A DNA stretch of 64,000 nucleotides from Thermodesulfobacteriota bacterium (lineage in GTDB: Bacteria > Desulfobacterota > Desulfarculia > JACQYL01), in contig CAXXLZ010000002.1 in the NCBI GenBank assembly GCA_963675595.2, positions 256,001-320,000 of the forward strand. Direction: 5' to 3'. The translations under genes were made by a program, and so were the position numbers. Every line of letters starts with the position of its first letter. Position 1 is the first letter of the stretch. Shown here in pieces: positions 60,480 to 64,000 of this stretch. Below the pieces are notes generated by a model that was not told the origin of the DNA, searched no databases, and saw only the letters and a program-made list of their open reading frames with translations.

Positions 60480-62516
60480 ATGCGTTTTTTCAAGAAGAGC
60501 GAACCGGAGGAGCCCCGGATCGATTCCGACTCGTCGGAAGAACTCGTAGTTCTTTCGCGGCGGGTTTCGGAGTCTCCCATGCCTCCCCTGGTTCGGGACG
60601 CCTCCATGAAGGAAATGGAGCGCCTCACCAAGATTCATCCGGACTCGAGCGAATACACCATCGGGATCACGTACCTGGCCTATCTGCTCTCCATGCCCTG
60701 GCGGACCCGCACCGAAGACAATCTGGACATCCGCAGAGCCCGGGTTATCCTCGACGAGGACCACTTCGCCCTTCCCGAGATCAAGGAACGCATCCTGGAA
60801 TACCTGGCGGTTCGCAAACTGAGAACGGAAAGGCGTCCGAGTATTTTGGTGGTGGAAGACGAAGAGATTACCCGAAAGAACCTGGTCCGCGTTCTGAGCA
60901 AAGAAGGATACGAGACACAGGCCGCTCCCAACGGCATAGAAGCCCTATCCTGCCTGCGTGAGCATTCCTTCGATGTGATGATCACCGACCTGAAAATGGA
61001 CAAACTGGACGGCATCGAACTGCTCAAAAGAACCAAGGAGACCCATCCCCACGTCTCCGTAATCATTATTACGGGGTACGCCACGGTGGACTCCGCTGTG
61101 GAAGCCATGAAGGTGGGGGCCGCCGACTACATCGCCAAACCGTTCCAGCTGGACGACGTGAGGTCGGCGGTCCGAGGCGTGCTGGAACAGAAACGTTTCG
61201 ACCACGAGATGCAGGGGCCCGTACTTTGCTTTGTGGGCCCTCCCGGAACGGGTAAGACCTCTTTGGGGCGTTCCGTGGCACGGGCTTTGGAGCGGCGCTT
61301 CGTTCGAATATCCCTCGCCGGAATGAAGGACGAGGCCGAGATTCGGGGACACCGGCGGACCTACTCCGGCGCCCTCCCCGGCAGGATCATCCAGGAGATT
61401 CGTCGGGTGGGCTGTGTGAACCCCGTTTTCATGATGGACGAAGTGGACAAGATCGGTCGGGAATTCAAAGGCGATCCCGCGGCCGCCCTGCTCGAGGTCC
61501 TGGACCCGGAGCAGAATAGCCGATTCATGGACTACTATCTGGACGTTCCCTTCGATCTGTCCCAGGTCATGTTCATTCTAACGGCCAATATTACGGACCC
61601 CATTCCTTCTCCCCTCCTGGACCGCATGGAGATGCTGCCCTTCTCCGGCTACACGGACGAAGAAAAAGTAGAGATCGCCGCCAGGTATTTGGTCCCCAGA
61701 CAAGTGTCCGAAAACGGTCTCGAAGACTTTCCTCCCACATTCAAACAGGAAGCGCTGCAACGCATCGTTCGGGAGTACACCAGGGAGGCGGGCCTCAGGG
61801 AATTGGAGAGACAGATCGCCGCCGTCTGCAGAAGAATCGCCCGCGATTTCGTCCAAATGGACACCGAACGCCGCTCTTTATCCGTCGAAGGCGAAGACGT
61901 TCACAATTATTTGGGTCCCAGGAGGTATTACGAGGAAATCGCCGAGGCCAAAGATCGTGTGGGCGTGGCCACCGGATTGGTGAGGACGGAATCCGGCGGC
62001 AGCATCATGTTCATCGAAGCGACCACCATGAAAGGCCGGGGAAGCCTGATCCTTACCGGTTCCCTGGGTGAGGTCATGAGAGAGTCCGCCCAGGCCGCGC
62101 TCAGTCATATCCGGAGCAACGCGGAACGCTTCGGCATTTCGGAGGATCGTTTTCTCGAAAACGACGTACACGTGCATGTCCCGGCAGGTGCGGTACCCAA
62201 AGACGGACCTTCCGCCGGCCTGACCATCGCCGTCGCCCTCCTCTCCGTTTTCACGGGCTTGCCCGCCAGCAGGAAAGTGGCCTGCACCGGTGAAATCACC
62301 CTCACCGGACGCATTCTTCCAGTGGCGGGGCTTCGAGAGAAGATACTGGCGGCGAAAAGGGCCAAGGTGGAAACCGTGATTCTGCCCGAACGAAACCGGA
62401 CCGACCTGGAAATGCTTCCGGAGCGCATCCGGACGGGTATCCGATTCCAACCCATCGACTCTTTGGAAGAAGCCATGAAAGAGTCGATTCCCGGAATCCG
62501 TCTCAATTCCGTCTGA
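60480..62516 (+). CDS. lon: Lon (S16) protease lacking the N-domain, with an inserted response-regulator receiver domain
   Basis: KERILEYLAV, then REC, then GPPGTGKTS, IRGHRRTY, MDEVDK, PKDGPSAG and EKILAA. Confidence 0.92.
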   Translation: MRFFKKSEPEEPRIDSDSSEELVVLSRRVSESPMPPLVRDASMKEMERLTKIHPDSSEYTIGITYLAYLLSMPWRTRTEDNLDIRRARVILDEDHFALPEIKERILEYLAVRKLRTERRPSILVVEDEEITRKNLVRVLSKEGYETQAAPNGIEALSCLREHSFDVMITDLKMDKLDGIELLKRTKETHPHVSVIIITGYATVDSAVEAMKVGAADYIAKPFQLDDVRSAVRGVLEQKRFDHEMQGPVLCFVGPPGTGKTSLGRSVARALERRFVRISLAGMKDEAEIRGHRRTYSGALPGRIIQEIRRVGCVNPVFMMDEVDKIGREFKGDPAAALLEVLDPEQNSRFMDYYLDVPFDLSQVMFILTANITDPIPSPLLDRMEMLPFSGYTDEEKVEIAARYLVPRQVSENGLEDFPPTFKQEALQRIVREYTREAGLRELERQIAAVCRRIARDFVQMDTERRSLSVEGEDVHNYLGPRRYYEEIAEAKDRVGVATGLVRTESGGSIMFIEATTMKGRGSLILTGSLGEVMRESAQAALSHIRSNAERFGISEDRFLENDVHVHVPAGAVPKDGPSAGLTIAVALLSVFTGLPASRKVACTGEITLTGRILPVAGLREKILAAKRAKVETVILPERNRTDLEMLPERIRTGIRFQPIDSLEEAMKESIPGIRLNSV

Positions 62517-62632
62517 ACTTCATCCGTGATCCGATCCCACTCCGCGTCACGGGGAAACTCCCCTCGCCGGCCCTCCGGATGACCGTCAACATTTGAGTTC
62601 GCCTCCCTGTAGGACCCGGGTCGGAATCCGGC

Positions 62633-64000
62633 CCTAGACATAATGGCTGCACGTGCAGGAAAGTAGGCCCGTCTCCTGCGTTGTTGGGTTATGGTGCGAG
62701 TAATCAGCACGCCCATCGAACCAACACCAAGGAGGCAGGCCATGACCGATTTTATCTTTGTTGGATTGGATGTTCACCAGAAATCGATAGACGTTGCCTT
62801 GGCCGAAGGGTCCCGTGATGGAGAAGTCCGATCTTACGGCAAGATCAACGGGGAGCCGTCGGATGTGGATCGATTGTTTCGCCGGCTGGGCTACAAGAAG
62901 GATCGGCTTCGGGTGGTCTACGAAGCCGGCCCATGCGGCTACGTTCTTTGCCGGCACCTGCATGCCCGGGGAATCCATTGCACGGTCGTGGCGCCCTCGC
63001 TGACGCCCCGACGAGCCGGCGATCGGATCAAGACGGATCGACGGGATGCGGTCACCCTGGCTCGTCTTCATCGGGCTGGAGAACTCACGGGGGTGTATGT
63101 TCCCCGTGTGGAGGACGAGGCGATACGGGATTTGACCAGGGCCCGGGAGGATGCCAAGAGCTCGGAGCGAAAGGCCAAACAGCGGCTCAACGCCTTTTTG
63201 CTGCGCCACGGTCGGAAGTACGGCGGGCCGCGGAAGTGGAGCCGGGCCCACCGGAGGTGGCTTTCGGACCAGTCGTTTGAACACCCGGCCCAGCAGATCG
63301 TTTTTCAGGAGTATATCGACACCATTGAAGAGTGCGAGCGCCGGGTGGCGCGATTGGTGGAGCAGATTGGCGAGCAGGTGGAGCACTGGCCTATGAAACC
63401 GGTCGTGGAGGCCTTCCAATCGATGCGAGGCGTGTCGTTGATCGTGGCCGCCACTGTGGTGGCCGAAGTGGGCGACATGACGCGATTTGATGAGCCCGGG
63501 CAGTTGACGGCGTATCTGGGTTTGGTCCCCTCGGAGAGTTCCAGCGGAGGACGGCGCAAACAAGGAGGCATTACCAAGTCCGGCAACGGACATGCGCGCC
63601 GGGTATTGATCCAGGGGGCCTGGACCTATCGCTATCCGCCCCGAGTGGGCCGCAGGCTGAGGGATCGGCGGGAGGAGGCGCCGTCCGAGGTCTGCAAGAT
63701 CGGCTGGAAGGCCCAGCTGCGTCTGTGCGGCCGGTACCACCGGCTGATGGCCCGGGGTAAGCCGTCGCAAGTGGCCGTCACGGCCATTGCAAGGGAGATG
63801 GCCGCCTTTCTGTGGGCGATCGCCAGAGAGGTTCCCGTTGCCGCTTAGCCTCACATCAACACCATATCGTTCGATTTGGAAGGAGGACGGCACTGTAAAA
63901 GGGAAAAACACCGGCTTCAACCTGTGAGCAGGGGCGCAACCGCGGTAAGGAGAATCCTCGTGACCTGATAGGAGATCTGGCATCTGCCGAACCCTCGTCT
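62633..64000 (+). mobile_element. IS110-family element, runs off the window; left boundary approximate
   Basis: Transposase with a short 5' leader and at least 150 nt of 3' non-coding sequence. Confidence 0.75.
62742..63848 (+). CDS. IS110 family transposase
   Basis: GLDVHQKS, YEAGPCG, KTDRRDA, YLGLVPSESSSG and VTAIARE; AAGGAGG RBS. Confidence 0.95.
   Translation: MTDFIFVGLDVHQKSIDVALAEGSRDGEVRSYGKINGEPSDVDRLFRRLGYKKDRLRVVYEAGPCGYVLCRHLHARGIHCTVVAPSLTPRRAGDRIKTDRRDAVTLARLHRAGELTGVYVPRVEDEAIRDLTRAREDAKSSERKAKQRLNAFLLRHGRKYGGPRKWSRAHRRWLSDQSFEHPAQQIVFQEYIDTIEECERRVARLVEQIGEQVEHWPMKPVVEAFQSMRGVSLIVAATVVAEVGDMTRFDEPGQLTAYLGLVPSESSSGGRRKQGGITKSGNGHARRVLIQGAWTYRYPPRVGRRLRDRREEAPSEVCKIGWKAQLRLCGRYHRLMARGKPSQVAVTAIAREMAAFLWAIAREVPVAA

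Overview
GC-rich bacterial window, most likely from an anaerobic Desulfobacterota/deltaproteobacterium (inferred from gene content only). It opens with nested insertion sequences: an IS110 with a readable bridge-RNA-like leader, and an IS4 interrupted by an IS1182/IS5-like element, all sitting on one copy of a dispersed palindromic repeat. Next come a liv-type ABC transporter lacking its binding protein, a TauE/TIGR02186/cytidylate-kinase-like operon, secreted and radical-SAM orphans, a hybrid PAS kinase, a fluoride-riboswitch-controlled cation/H+ antiporter, and a Tat-exported molybdoenzyme operon with a PAS-LuxR regulator. A ~22 kb FadR-associated lactate/2-hydroxyacid locus follows: TRAP, LutC/LutB, GlcD, four CCG Fe-S proteins, a decaheme-c/NarI-like fusion, a GcvH/LbpA-like lipoyl carrier and an Lpl-LipT-LipS1-LipS2 lipoate assembly set, with no GcvP/T, E2/E3 or HdrA in the window. 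The end holds a sigma54 two-component/SLC13/USP operon divergent from a Lon protease with an inserted receiver domain, and a second IS110. The best candidates for undescribed biology are the lipoyl-carrier-coupled hydroxyacid oxidation module and the receiver-containing Lon. All calls come from reading motifs by eye; no searches were run.
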